Below, in pieces: positions 17,795-28,277 of a DNA stretch of 49,450 bases. Position numbers and translations under genes: made by a program. Within the stretch, counting starts at the first letter, position 1. Each line of letters opens with the position of its first letter. The notes beneath the pieces were generated by a model, which was given only the letters and a program-made list of their open reading frames with translations, was not told the DNA's origin and did not search any database. Origin of the DNA: Bdellovibrionota bacterium FG-1 (GTDB lineage: Bacteria; Bdellovibrionota; UBA1018); the NCBI GenBank assembly GCA_051382295.1, contig JBBCAW010000001.1, forward strand, positions 1-49,450. Reading direction: 5' to 3'.

Positions 17795-20683
17795 ATGCTC
17801 AGGGACATGACCAAAAGGTTTCGAAATACTTTCTTTCTTTCTGCCCGCCGGATGGCGTTTTTGACGCTAGCGGTTTCTCTGGGGGGGCACGCCTTTGCGG
17901 CGGAGACGGTTCGCCTTGAAACCTTTAAAACCCATAGTCGCCTCGATTTTCGCGTAGATGGAAACGTCCCGACGGAATGGAAGTCCACGCCCCAGGGGTT
18001 TGACCTTTTCTTAAAGGGTGCCGATCTCGCTGATCTGGGAATTCCCTTGGGCGAAGAAGGGAAATGGGCCAAAAAGCTGAAAACCCTGAACGACTCCCGT
18101 TTGACCAATATTGAAGTGGCAGAGGTGGAGGGGGGGGTTAAGGTCCGAGGGCGGTGGAAGTATCCGACTGGACCTCAAGCGCCCGCCCAGCCGCAAATGG
18201 AGTCTTTTGACTACCGTGACAAAGAATCATCCGATTTGGTTATTGATTTTTGGGTAAAAGACGGCCCTACGCTCGCCCAGCTGGATGCTCGGAGGGAGGC
18301 GGAACGCCAGCTCGAAGCGACTCGTAAACGCGAAGAAATGGAGCGCGCGCGCGCGGTCAGGCGGGCGGCACGCGCGAAAGTCAGAGCCCAGGAAGAAGAT
18401 CCTTTCCTGTTCTGTCGCACGCCGCTCAATGAAGATGGTGACGTGTTTTTGCAGTTTCAACCGTTTCATGAAAAGGTCGATTTTTCGCGTTGGATATCTT
18501 CCCGCGCTCCAGATACCAATTTTGCTTACTATGACCCCAAGGGAAAAAGCCAAGAGGCTCAGTATGTGCGCCTGGCGCTCCGGCTTTATCGGCAGAACAA
18601 TTTCGGACTGGTCAATCGGACGCTCGATTTTTTTGAAAAAGATTTCCCGAATTCTTCGTTCCGTTCAGAAATGAGATTTTTGCGTTCCAATGCGCTCTTT
18701 AAGCTGGGAATGGTCGATCAAGCCGTTCGCGAACTTAAGGAGATTTTGCATGAGCCCAAAGGGTCTTCGGTGACGCTGCAGTCGGCGATGTTTATTGCCG
18801 GTCGTGAACTCGACGTGAACAATTACCTGGGCGCGCTTGAGACCTTTATGTGGCTTTCGTCCCATCACGCTGAAAGCCGAATCGCGTGGGTATTTCATTT
18901 GGGGGCGGCTGAGTGCGCGCGAGCCCTGAAACAAACGGATCGTGCCGTTAAAGAATATGAGTGGGTGGCCGAGCACGCTCCGGATGCTGCCTCTCGCGCC
19001 GAGGGCGGGCTTCGTGCGGGCGACCTTTTTATGGAACGCTTTCAATACGATCAGGGCTTGGCGACCTATGCGCAGGGTTTGCGTCACTTCAAGGCCGAAG
19101 CCGAAACTTTTCCGGCTGTTTTCATTAATCGCGCCGAGGCTCTTTATGGGCTGGGGCAGCTCGATCGTGCTTCGGAGGCATTTAGGGATTTTCTAACCCG
19201 TTTTCCGGCCCATCCGGCAGGCTGGCGGGCAACTTACCGATTGGCAGAGACTGAGGGTCGAAAAGTTGGAGCTACTCGTGACTCCATGGCCGCACGGAAG
19301 TGGTATTTTGATACGGTCAACCATTATCCGTTCAGTCCGGGCGCAACCATCGCACGCTTACAATTGATGACTTGTGGTGATCACGGGGGGTTTTCCCCAG
19401 ATTCCGCTCGCAAGTTTTTGAGCGAAGAAGCCGAAAATTTTAACTCTTCGGCTGAAATTGTCATGGATCGTTATAAAGATTTTAGAGCTTTGGCGCACGT
19501 TCGGACGTTGATGACCCTAGGGTTGGACGATGAGGCGGTTGCTACCGCAATTGATGAATTGCAGCGAATTCCGCGTCCTGAAGCGCGACGATGGCTGGGT
19601 AGTCTTCTGGCTCAAAATTTTAGGAAAACGATTTTAGCCCTCCTCCAAGATGAAAAAAAAATTGAGGCCCTGACCTTCTACCAGGATAACGAAGGCTCGG
19701 TCCCTAGGACCGAAATTCGCGTCGATCCGGATTATTTGTTGAAGCTTTCCCAGGCGGCTTCTGACCTTGGATTGGGTAAAGTAGCCCAGGATTTGAATAA
19801 CGATTACGAAAAAACGCATAAAATGTTGGTTGGCAAAAATCGCATTTTGGCGTCGGCGACCAAACCCGAACTCGAGGATTTGGAAGATCATCTTCAAGCC
19901 TCCGAGCGCGGCTATGCCGAAGCCAAGGCGATTTGGATTGAAAGTGGTCTTGCTAATCGGGTCTTTTCATCCAAAACAATGAAAATCGAAGAGGTGGAGA
20001 CGAAGATTAGAAGGCTCTTGGGGCAAGTGGCTCCCGAATCAGAGTATTCGGATGAGCGTGAAATTATTTTGGGCTTGCTGGATGAACGTGCTGGACACTA
20101 TCAGTCCGCGCTTCAGCACGCTGCCCAGGCTCAGGTTTTGGGCGCAAAAAGTCCACGTGTCGAGGCGTGGGTGGCGGCGCTTGAATCCAAGGTGGGCGAT
20201 ATTAATGCGGCTTTGGAGGCTTTTCGTACGCTTGAAGCGCGGCTGGGTGAGGAAGGGTACCAAAAAAAGGGTATCTCGGAACTACTCGGGGTTGCGCCAT
20301 TGCCCAGTCGGGAAACGGTGATCCTTTCGCAGTGTGAGATCTTGGAAAAACAAGGCCGTTGGGGCGAGGCTGCAGCCGAGTATTCTCATGCGGTAGAAAA
20401 GGGCTTAGGGGGTGCACAGGCAAAGTATGGTTACGCCCGGGCGCTCCTCAGGATGGGGGATGTTGAAAACCGAACCAAGGCGTTGAGTGCGCTAGAGCTG
20501 CTCACTCAAGAAGAGAAGACGGCTAAGGGGGCTCCGCCCGCTCTGGTGCAGCCACAAGACGGAGAGGGTAAGCCTCGACCGCCTGGTCACGAAAAAGAAC
20601 GAGAAAAGTTTTGGAGAAGATTGGCAAGTGAAACGCTAGCCAACGAAAAGACCAAAGACAATGCCAAGGAGGGCATTAGGTAA
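17795..20683 (+). CDS. Large exported tetratricopeptide-repeat protein
   Basis: 962 aa. Signal-peptide-like segment ending HAFA. Multiple TPR-like helices (e.g. RAEALYGLGQLDRASEAFRDFLTRFP). Confidence 0.8.
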   Translation: MLRDMTKRFRNTFFLSARRMAFLTLAVSLGGHAFAAETVRLETFKTHSRLDFRVDGNVPTEWKSTPQGFDLFLKGADLADLGIPLGEEGKWAKKLKTLNDSRLTNIEVAEVEGGVKVRGRWKYPTGPQAPAQPQMESFDYRDKESSDLVIDFWVKDGPTLAQLDARREAERQLEATRKREEMERARAVRRAARAKVRAQEEDPFLFCRTPLNEDGDVFLQFQPFHEKVDFSRWISSRAPDTNFAYYDPKGKSQEAQYVRLALRLYRQNNFGLVNRTLDFFEKDFPNSSFRSEMRFLRSNALFKLGMVDQAVRELKEILHEPKGSSVTLQSAMFIAGRELDVNNYLGALETFMWLSSHHAESRIAWVFHLGAAECARALKQTDRAVKEYEWVAEHAPDAASRAEGGLRAGDLFMERFQYDQGLATYAQGLRHFKAEAETFPAVFINRAEALYGLGQLDRASEAFRDFLTRFPAHPAGWRATYRLAETEGRKVGATRDSMAARKWYFDTVNHYPFSPGATIARLQLMTCGDHGGFSPDSARKFLSEEAENFNSSAEIVMDRYKDFRALAHVRTLMTLGLDDEAVATAIDELQRIPRPEARRWLGSLLAQNFRKTILALLQDEKKIEALTFYQDNEGSVPRTEIRVDPDYLLKLSQAASDLGLGKVAQDLNNDYEKTHKMLVGKNRILASATKPELEDLEDHLQASERGYAEAKAIWIESGLANRVFSSKTMKIEEVETKIRRLLGQVAPESEYSDEREIILGLLDERAGHYQSALQHAAQAQVLGAKSPRVEAWVAALESKVGDINAALEAFRTLEARLGEEGYQKKGISELLGVAPLPSRETVILSQCEILEKQGRWGEAAAEYSHAVEKGLGGAQAKYGYARALLRMGDVENRTKALSALELLTQEEKTAKGAPPALVQPQDGEGKPRPPGHEKEREKFWRRLASETLANEKTKDNAKEGIR

Positions 20684-21651
20684 TGACAACCGAAATCATC
20701 ACTAATGATCGCAGGATGCATGAACTGATTCAACTTGCCAAGACCGTGGCCAGCAGTAAGGCCACAGTCTTGATTCAGGGAGAAAGTGGTACCGGCAAAG
20801 AGCTGATGGCTAGCTTGATCCACGAGAACTCCACTAGGACCTCGCGGCCTTTCGTCGCGATTAATTGTGCGGCGATTCCGGAAAATCTCTTGGAAAGCGA
20901 GCTGTTTGGCTACGAACGTGGCGCTTTTACTGGCGCAGTTTCAAGCAAGGCTGGAAAATTTGAGTTCGCCAATGGGGGTACTTTACTTCTGGACGAAATT
21001 TCAGAAATGGATATCCGACTTCAGGCCAAACTTCTGCGAGTCATTCAAGAATGCGAAGTCGATCGAATCGGTGGCCGTAAGCCTGTTCCCGTCGATGTTC
21101 GCATCATCGCGACGACCAATCGCAATCTTGCCGAGTGTGTGAAAGAAGGTAGCTTTCGGGAAGACCTCTTTTATCGACTCAATGTCGTCAATCTGACTTT
21201 GCCGCCGCTTCGCGAGCGCATCGGCGATGTGCGGATTGTGTCCCATCATTTTATGGGGATCTACGCGGCTAAGAGCGAAAAAGTCCTCACAGGCTTCAGC
21301 CCGGAGGCGATGGGTCTTCTGGAATCTCATCCTTGGCCAGGAAATTTGCGGGAACTGGAAAATGTGGTGGAACGTGCGGTCCTGACCACCCAGGACGGTC
21401 TGATTGCTGGAAATGATATCGCGATCCAACGGCGCGAAAGTGCCGCCTCCCTTCAAGGTGCGGATGACGATATGGGTGATTACAGTTGGATGCCGGGACA
21501 AACCCTTAACGATATCGAGCGCAACGTTATTCTGGAAGCGCTCAAATACCATCACGGCAATCGTACGCATACCGCGAAGGCGCTGGGAATCTCGATCCGA
21601 ACTTTGCGCAACAAATTGGCCGATTATCGTTTATTGGGCATCAACGCCTAA
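20683..21651 (+). CDS. Sigma-54-dependent transcriptional activator (AAA+ and Fis HTH, no receiver domain), likely flagellar regulator
   Basis: GESGTGKE, ESELFGYERGAFTGA, LLLDEISE, FREDLFYRLNV, WPGNLREL and C-terminal HTH GNRTHTAKALGIS. Confidence 0.92.
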   Translation: MTTEIITNDRRMHELIQLAKTVASSKATVLIQGESGTGKELMASLIHENSTRTSRPFVAINCAAIPENLLESELFGYERGAFTGAVSSKAGKFEFANGGTLLLDEISEMDIRLQAKLLRVIQECEVDRIGGRKPVPVDVRIIATTNRNLAECVKEGSFREDLFYRLNVVNLTLPPLRERIGDVRIVSHHFMGIYAAKSEKVLTGFSPEAMGLLESHPWPGNLRELENVVERAVLTTQDGLIAGNDIAIQRRESAASLQGADDDMGDYSWMPGQTLNDIERNVILEALKYHHGNRTHTAKALGISIRTLRNKLADYRLLGINA

Positions 21652-21844
21652 ATTGCCACGTGGAAGTTTCTGCCGGCTTTGGGTTTTCCGAGGGAAAATC
21701 CTGCCGGCACGAAACCGCCCGGGGACTGCGTCCCAAAGGAACTCATGCGAAGGAACCCGTCCGTGAAGGATTCAAGTCGAGTGAATCAAAGGAGATTGCC
21801 CCGTCGGCTCGGGCGCGGCGCCTGGGTGACGCTTATCGGCAATA

Positions 21845-21861
21845 CCGGCACAAGACTTGAA
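21845..21861 (+). promoter_or_regulatory. Probable sigma-54 promoter upstream of flgB (variant -12)
   Basis: CCGGCAC-AAGAC-TTGAA has correct -24/-12 spacing, with GA in place of GC. Confidence 0.55.
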
Positions 21862-21886
21862 CACAATAACGGGAAAGGAGGGGGGA

Positions 21887-22306
21887 ATGGCCATTGATCG
21901 TGTTTTTGACTCAACCCTGGGGGCCCTGAATACTTCGATGAATCTGAGACTGATGAACCAAAATCTCATCAGCTCGAATATCGCTAATGCCGATACCCCG
22001 GGCTATAAAGCCAAGACCATGGAGTTTGAGGGGGCGTTACGTGACGCCCTAGGGGTAGGGGGAACCCTCGCTCCGACTGAAACGAGCCCCAAGCATCTCG
22101 TCCATCGAGATACGGATTCGACCGAGCCGGCGATTTATGACGACTCCAATGGTATTGAGTCGCTCGACGGAAATACCGTGGATCGTTCTGCTGAAATGGC
22201 CAAAATGGCCGAAAATCAACTTCTTTATGACGCTTCGGCGGAGATGATTAAACGCAAACTCGGCATGATCCGGTACGCGATTACTGAAGGCGGAGGGAAT
22301 AGGTAA
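21887..22306 (+). CDS. flgB: Flagellar basal-body rod protein FlgB
   Basis: ISSNIANADTPGYKA and DGNTVD. Start placed after RBS AAGGAGG. Confidence 0.95.
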   Translation: MAIDRVFDSTLGALNTSMNLRLMNQNLISSNIANADTPGYKAKTMEFEGALRDALGVGGTLAPTETSPKHLVHRDTDSTEPAIYDDSNGIESLDGNTVDRSAEMAKMAENQLLYDASAEMIKRKLGMIRYAITEGGGNR

Positions 22307-22749
22307 TGGATTTTTTCTCGTCAATGCGCGTGAGCGCGACCGGTCTGGATGCGCAAACCAAGCGCATGAATACGATTTCGAGCAATATCGCCAATGCCGA
22401 AACCACGCGGGTCAACGGCCCTGGCAGCGGCCCCTACAAGAAGAGAGATCCCTTGGTGGCCGCCGAAACCGATCGCGAAAATTTTGGCGAGATCCTGCAA
22501 AACGAACTCGACGAAAATGTGCAAGGCGTGCGCGTTCAGGAAATCGTCGAGGATCAGCGGCCGCCTCGCATGGTGTACAACCCCTCGCACCCCGATGCCA
22601 ACGGTGAGGGCTATGTTGCCATGCCCAATGTCAATACAGTTGAAGAAATGGCGAATATGATCAGCGCGCAACGCTCGTATGAGGCCAATGTCACCGCCAT
22701 GAACGCCGCTAAGCAGATGGCCCAAAAGGGCTTGGAGATCGGACGATGA
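22306..22749 (+). CDS. flgC: Flagellar basal-body rod protein FlgC
   Basis: SNIANAETTR, YNPSHPDANGEGYVAMPNVN and SAQRSYEANV. Confidence 0.97.
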   Translation: MDFFSSMRVSATGLDAQTKRMNTISSNIANAETTRVNGPGSGPYKKRDPLVAAETDRENFGEILQNELDENVQGVRVQEIVEDQRPPRMVYNPSHPDANGEGYVAMPNVNTVEEMANMISAQRSYEANVTAMNAAKQMAQKGLEIGR

Positions 22750-22787
22750 GCCCAATTGAGCAGTTATTCATTCGGAGGAGTAGATAA

Positions 22788-23147
22788 ATGTCTAATCTCA
22801 GCATAGAAAACCTGAGCCGTATCGTCCAGACCGGCGATATTGAAGGAATGATGTCGGGCGGCCGGGTAGCGCAAGAAATGCAAAAACAGGGGATGGCCGC
22901 GCCGGCCGCTCCCGGCCCTGCGGGAGCGAACAGCTTTTCGGATCTGCTCCGAACCTCCGTCGATCAGGTTAATGAGCAGCAGCAGCAAGCAGATCATGCG
23001 ATCAAAGAATTGGTTGCCGGACGCTCGAAAAATATTCATGAAACGATGTTGACGATTGAACGCGCCGACATGTCTTTGAAGCTCATGACTCAGGTACGAA
23101 ATAAAATTCTCGATGCCTATAAAGAAGTCATGAGAATGCAAGTTTAG
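22788..23147 (+). CDS. fliE: Flagellar hook-basal body protein FliE
   Basis: C-terminal QVRNKILDAYKEVMRMQV. Confidence 0.95.
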   Translation: MSNLSIENLSRIVQTGDIEGMMSGGRVAQEMQKQGMAAPAAPGPAGANSFSDLLRTSVDQVNEQQQQADHAIKELVAGRSKNIHETMLTIERADMSLKLMTQVRNKILDAYKEVMRMQV

Positions 23148-23172
23148 CGGATAGAAAGGGCTAGTTAGAACC

Positions 23173-24849
23173 ATGGGTGAATTTGCGCAGAAAGTTCTTG
23201 AACAGGTCATCGGCTTTTTTAAAGGGCTGACCCCCGGAAAAAAGGCAGCTCTCGCCGGAACCTCGGTCGTGATTGTCGTGGGGGTGATTGCCCTATTTAT
23301 TTGGGCCGCTAATACGACCTATGCACCGTTGATGACCAATCTCAATCCCGAGGATGCGGCCAACATCATCCATATTTTACGGGACAAACATATTCCGTTT
23401 AAAGTCGATCCGAGCGGCAAGAATATTACCGTGCCGCCAGAAGACATGGACCAGCTTCGTCTCGAATTAGCCTCAATCGGATTACCGCAGACGAGCATTG
23501 TAGGTTATGAGGTGTTTGATAAGACCACCTTAGGAACCACAAGTTTTGTGCAAAAGGTGAATCAAAAGCGTGCCTTAGAAGGCGAACTGACTCGTACGAT
23601 CTCCTCCATTAAAGGAGTCAAGCGTGCACGGGTGCACCTGGCGACCCCGCAAAAGAGCACGTTTGTGGAAGATCAAAGAAAACCCACGGCCTCCGTGGCT
23701 ATCGAATTGGAACCCGGGGTTGTCTTGAATGACAAGCAAATCTACGGCATCGGTAATCTCATCGCAAAAGGTGTGGAGGGGATGGATGTCGCTGACGTTG
23801 TGATCGTCGATGGCAACGGTAAAGTGCTATCGAAAAACGCAAGCGATCCCTTGGCGCAGGCGACGGCTACGCAGCTTGAGTTTCAGCAAAGAGTCGAAAG
23901 TGAATTTGAAAAACGGATTGAAAGCATGCTTTCGAGAATTGTGGGCGATGGTCGCGTCGTAGCCAAAGTGAACGCGGAACTCGACTTTGCGCAGGTGAAC
24001 GAGACCCAAACGACTTATGACCAAGAGGGCTCGGCCGTGAGATCCGTGGAAAAACGCGCCGAAGACATGAAAGGGGTGCGTCCGGGGCCTGGTGGCTTGG
24101 CCGGCGCGGCCTCAAATACGCCAGGACAACCTCCGGCTGCGAATGGGGAAGTTCGGAACGAAACCAACAAAAACAATGAGGTGACCAATTATGAGGTCCC
24201 TCAAACGATTCGTCGCACGACCAAGCAATCCGGGAGCGTAAAGAAACTTTCAGTCTCGGTTGTCGTGGATGGAAAGACGGTTAAAACGACGGGGAAAGAT
24301 GGAATCGTCCAGACCAAGATCGAAGCTTGGCCCGTTGAAGAGTTAAAGAAGTTCGAAGAAATCGCTGCTGGCGCTGTCGGGCTTGATAAGAAACGCGGCG
24401 ATATGCTCGAGATTAAGAACATGGAATTTACGCATGAAGATTTCGACGAAGCCACCCGTCTGGTGGTCGAAAAAGAGCGTCGTACCTATGTTCAAAACGT
24501 CGTGGTCTATGGCGTGATCGGTCTGTTGATTGGTTTGTTCTTTATGTTCGTGGTGCGTCCGTTCATCAAGTGGATCACCGAAAATACCATCGACAGCGTC
24601 GATACCTTCCTGCCGCAGACGATCGAAGAACTGGAACGTTTGCAGAAGAACGCGACGTTGCCTGGTCTCGAGGAGGCGGTCCCGGTGCTGCCGGACCGGA
24701 TCGACCCAGAAAAGGTCGAGGGCGAAATGATCAAAGAAAAGATTGTGACTTTGGTCGACGCCAGCCCGCACAAAGCGGCACTGATCCTCAAGGATTGGCT
24801 GCACGCCAAGGAAAAATCAGCGAAGGAAGAGGGCGGAAAGTCCGCGTAA
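23173..24849 (+). CDS. fliF: Flagellar MS-ring protein FliF
   Basis: GYEVFD, RALEGELTRTI, ARVHLA and PTASV. Two TM segments. Confidence 0.97.
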   Translation: MGEFAQKVLEQVIGFFKGLTPGKKAALAGTSVVIVVGVIALFIWAANTTYAPLMTNLNPEDAANIIHILRDKHIPFKVDPSGKNITVPPEDMDQLRLELASIGLPQTSIVGYEVFDKTTLGTTSFVQKVNQKRALEGELTRTISSIKGVKRARVHLATPQKSTFVEDQRKPTASVAIELEPGVVLNDKQIYGIGNLIAKGVEGMDVADVVIVDGNGKVLSKNASDPLAQATATQLEFQQRVESEFEKRIESMLSRIVGDGRVVAKVNAELDFAQVNETQTTYDQEGSAVRSVEKRAEDMKGVRPGPGGLAGAASNTPGQPPAANGEVRNETNKNNEVTNYEVPQTIRRTTKQSGSVKKLSVSVVVDGKTVKTTGKDGIVQTKIEAWPVEELKKFEEIAAGAVGLDKKRGDMLEIKNMEFTHEDFDEATRLVVEKERRTYVQNVVVYGVIGLLIGLFFMFVVRPFIKWITENTIDSVDTFLPQTIEELERLQKNATLPGLEEAVPVLPDRIDPEKVEGEMIKEKIVTLVDASPHKAALILKDWLHAKEKSAKEEGGKSA

Positions 24850-24879
24850 GTCAGCTAAATCTAGGGAGAAGGCAACACC

Positions 24880-25893
24880 ATGGGGTTCGAAACCTACGAA
24901 GACATGACGGGGTTGGAAAAATCAGCGCTTCTTTTGAATGTGCTGGGTAACCAGGTTACTTCGCAAATTTTTAAGAAGATGAAAGATAACGACGTGAAAC
25001 GTCTCGTGAACGCGATGGGTAATGTGACCAAGGTACCGATTCCAGTCGTTAAGCAGGTCCTTGAGTCCTTTTATACCGAGATCGCTGAAGAGGATACTTT
25101 GATCTTTGGCCATGCCGCGGGCCGGGATTTCGTGCTTTCCACCTTGGGCGAAGAGCGCGCCAAAACGGTCCTCGGTCAGCTTTCCGTCCTCGAGGGGTCC
25201 AGAACGCTCGAGGCGCTCGAGCTGGTCGATCCTCGTACCTTGGCCAACTTCCTGGTCAACGAACATCCTCAAACTGTTGCTTTGATTTTGGCCCATTTGG
25301 AGCCAAACAAAAAATGCGAGGTTCTCAAACGTCTTCCGGAGGCGATTCAAACCGAAGTCGTGCTTCGTATCGCCAATTTGGACTTTATCTCGCCCAATCT
25401 TATTGCTCAGGTCGACGAGGTGCTCAAACAAGAATTGGCAACGTTGGGTTCAATCGACACTCAACAATTGGGCGGCGTCCCTCCGATTGCCGAAATGCTC
25501 AATGTTATCGACAAAACCAGCGAGCAAAATATCATGGCCCGGGTCGAGGAAAAGGATCCTCAACTTGCCGAAGAAATCCGCAAACTCATGTTCGTGTTCG
25601 AGGATATTACCTTTATCGACGACCGTGGGATGCAATCGCTGCTCAAAGAGGTCGACAACGGCAAGCTCGTGGTTGCCCTCAAGACCGCTCCAGAGGAAAT
25701 TCGGAACAAGATCTTCCGCAATATTTCAAAACGCGCGGCCGATCTGTTGCGTGAGGATCTCGAATCCCAGGGGCCGGTGCGCCTGTCCGACGTCGAAACC
25801 GCGCAGCAGGAAATTGTCAATGTGGCCAAGCGGCTTGAGGCCGAAGGCAAAATCATCATCAGCCGTGGTGGCGAAGGCGATGCCTTGGTTTAA
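24880..25893 (+). CDS. fliG: Flagellar motor switch protein FliG
   Basis: EHPQTVALILAHL, MFVFED and GPVRLSDVE. Confidence 0.97.
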   Translation: MGFETYEDMTGLEKSALLLNVLGNQVTSQIFKKMKDNDVKRLVNAMGNVTKVPIPVVKQVLESFYTEIAEEDTLIFGHAAGRDFVLSTLGEERAKTVLGQLSVLEGSRTLEALELVDPRTLANFLVNEHPQTVALILAHLEPNKKCEVLKRLPEAIQTEVVLRIANLDFISPNLIAQVDEVLKQELATLGSIDTQQLGGVPPIAEMLNVIDKTSEQNIMARVEEKDPQLAEEIRKLMFVFEDITFIDDRGMQSLLKEVDNGKLVVALKTAPEEIRNKIFRNISKRAADLLREDLESQGPVRLSDVETAQQEIVNVAKRLEAEGKIIISRGGEGDALV

Positions 25894-25931
25894 CTCCAAG
25901 CCTAGCCTCCTCCGCGTAGCTTGAGGTCTAA

Positions 25932-26789
25932 ATGTCGAAAATGGGTAAAGAACCTTTTCAAAGGATGAAGATCACTGAAGAGCCTGGTAAGTCGCCTCGC
26001 GATATTCGGGTGGTCAAAATGGCCGAAACCGAAAGAACCGTCGCTCAGAGTTTTGAGATGAATCAACTTTATCGGTCGACCGACGGTAATTATGGGGCTA
26101 TTAAGGCAAAGTTTGGGCCTTTGGCCGTTACGGACGTTGAGCGGGGTGATCGGACGCAGCGGGATCGGCGTTTTGCTATTAATCCGTTAACGAAGAAGCC
26201 TCTTTCGATCGAAGCGGAAGAGTTGCGCGTGCTTGAGGAAATGGTAAGCGCTCGTGTAGCCATACTTGCCGAAGAAGGTAGGGCTCGGGGATATGGCGAT
26301 GGCTTCACGGATGGACTTGAGGTCGGGCGCCAAGAGGCGATCAAGAATTTTAGGGAAGAGGCCGGGGAACGACGCGAGAAATTCGAAGCTTTGTTGAATG
26401 GCTTTGAAACGGCAAAAGTGGAGATCTTCAAGGCTAATGAACGGTTTTTGATGGACCTTCTATTTCGCATGGCCAAAATGGTGACTCTTAAAGAGATTCG
26501 GACCGACCGGACTTTTATCGCCAGGCTTTGTAAAGAACTCATTGAAAAGATTGGTCTTCGCGAAAACGTCCGCATACGGATTCATCCTGACGATGCCATC
26601 ACGGCGGAAATGCTTAAGCCTGAGTTGGAGCAGGCGATCGGCGAGTTGAAAAATCTCACGGTGGAAAAGTCGGAGGCGGTGCAAAGCGGGGGTTGCATCG
26701 TTGAAACCGAGTGGGCCACGATTGACGCGAGTCTTGAAATTCAATTTCAGGGGATTCGCGAAGCGCTCATGGGAGCGCCCGAGGCATGA
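25932..26789 (+). CDS. fliH: Flagellar assembly protein FliH
   Basis: GxxxG repeats (GRARGYGDGFTDGLEVG), IRIHPDD and GGCIVET. Lies between fliG and fliI. Confidence 0.9.
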   Translation: MSKMGKEPFQRMKITEEPGKSPRDIRVVKMAETERTVAQSFEMNQLYRSTDGNYGAIKAKFGPLAVTDVERGDRTQRDRRFAINPLTKKPLSIEAEELRVLEEMVSARVAILAEEGRARGYGDGFTDGLEVGRQEAIKNFREEAGERREKFEALLNGFETAKVEIFKANERFLMDLLFRMAKMVTLKEIRTDRTFIARLCKELIEKIGLRENVRIRIHPDDAITAEMLKPELEQAIGELKNLTVEKSEAVQSGGCIVETEWATIDASLEIQFQGIREALMGAPEA

Positions 26790-28186
26790 GTGGTCCATTA
26801 CTGAATCACGGCATTCATAGTGATCATGTGAACCGCGCACTTCTTTACCGTACGGTCGGGCGTATTATTCAATCGGTAGGTCTGGTCTATGAGGCGCATC
26901 TTCCCGGAGCGGCGGTCGGGAGTCTTTGTCGAATTTTGACCACGGACGATCCTTATTCTGACCGTGGCGTGGATGCCGAAGTAATCGGGTTTCGAGATCG
27001 TCGGGTGATGTTGATGACCTTCGATGAGCCTGAGGGGGTCAACAATGGCAGCTGGGTGGTTTTGCGCAAGCAAGCCTCAACCGTGCCGGTAGGGCAGGCT
27101 CTTTTAGGTCGAGTGTTGGATGGCCTCGGAAACCCGATTGATGGAAAAGGCGCTTTGAATTTTGGGTCAGAACAAGGTCAAGAACGAAGTCTTTATCAAA
27201 AACCATCGCATCCGTTGGAACGGGAGATGATCACGGAACCCCTGGATTTAGGGGTGCGCGCGATCAATGGAATGCTCACCATCGGCAAGGGCCAGCGCAT
27301 GGGCATTATGGCCGGCTCAGGAGTAGGTAAGTCAGTCTTGCTCGGCATGATGGCCCGGCATACCACGGCCGATGTGAACGTGATCGCGTTGATTGGTGAG
27401 CGTGGTCGTGAGGTGCGCGAGTTTATTGAGCGCGATCTGGGGCCTGAAGGCATGGCTCGAAGCGTGGTGGTCGTATCGACTTCTGATAAGTCACCGCTTC
27501 AGCGTATGCGGGGAGCTTTTTTGGCCACGACCATTGCCGAGTATTTTAGGGATCAGGCTAAGGACGTTTTGTTGATGATGGATTCGGTCACGCGGTTTTG
27601 TATGGCGCAAAGAGAGATTGGACTCTCAATGGGCGAGCCCCCGGCGTCCAAGGGTTACACCCCGAGTGTCTTTGCTCTCTTGCCTCGGTTATTAGAGCGC
27701 TCGGGGATGGCGCCTAAGAATGGCAGTATCACCGGCATTTATACGGTTTTGGCTGACGGCGACGATATGGATGATCCGATCGTGGATAGTGCCCGCTCTA
27801 TCTTGGACGGCCATATTGTGCTCTCACGTCGCCTGGCTGCGCACAATCAGTTTCCGGCGATCGACGTCACGCAGAGCGCGAGCCGCGTGATGCGATCCGT
27901 GATTGATGACGCCCATTCTGGGTGGGCTGGAAAAATTCGGGAGTGGATGGCGACCTATGCGCAAGCCGAAGAGTTGATCAATATTGGTGCGTATGCCAGG
28001 GGCAGTAGCCCCAAGATCGACCAAGCGGTCCATGTTCATGATAAAATTATGGACTTTTTACGGCAGGGAATCGACGAACCCGCGACCATGGCGGACACTC
28101 TCGTCGCGATGAACGGGATCTGCCGGTCTGGCGAAGGGTTTTTGGCTGCGTTACAGCAGGCCACCCTTCAGGCGCAGCGCCGCTAA
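26786..28186 (+). CDS. fliI: Flagellar export ATPase FliI
   Basis: AGSGVGKS, LIGERGREVREF, MDSVTRF and GSITGIYTVL. Confidence 0.97.
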   Translation: MSGPLLNHGIHSDHVNRALLYRTVGRIIQSVGLVYEAHLPGAAVGSLCRILTTDDPYSDRGVDAEVIGFRDRRVMLMTFDEPEGVNNGSWVVLRKQASTVPVGQALLGRVLDGLGNPIDGKGALNFGSEQGQERSLYQKPSHPLEREMITEPLDLGVRAINGMLTIGKGQRMGIMAGSGVGKSVLLGMMARHTTADVNVIALIGERGREVREFIERDLGPEGMARSVVVVSTSDKSPLQRMRGAFLATTIAEYFRDQAKDVLLMMDSVTRFCMAQREIGLSMGEPPASKGYTPSVFALLPRLLERSGMAPKNGSITGIYTVLADGDDMDDPIVDSARSILDGHIVLSRRLAAHNQFPAIDVTQSASRVMRSVIDDAHSGWAGKIREWMATYAQAEELINIGAYARGSSPKIDQAVHVHDKIMDFLRQGIDEPATMADTLVAMNGICRSGEGFLAALQQATLQAQRR

Positions 28187-28277
28187 TGTGGATTTATATA
28201 ATTAAATAATAAAAAACAATTGACGCAGCCTGTCTGTTTGTGGGAATAGTGGTCCCGCTTACAAGGGGGTAGGTGCG

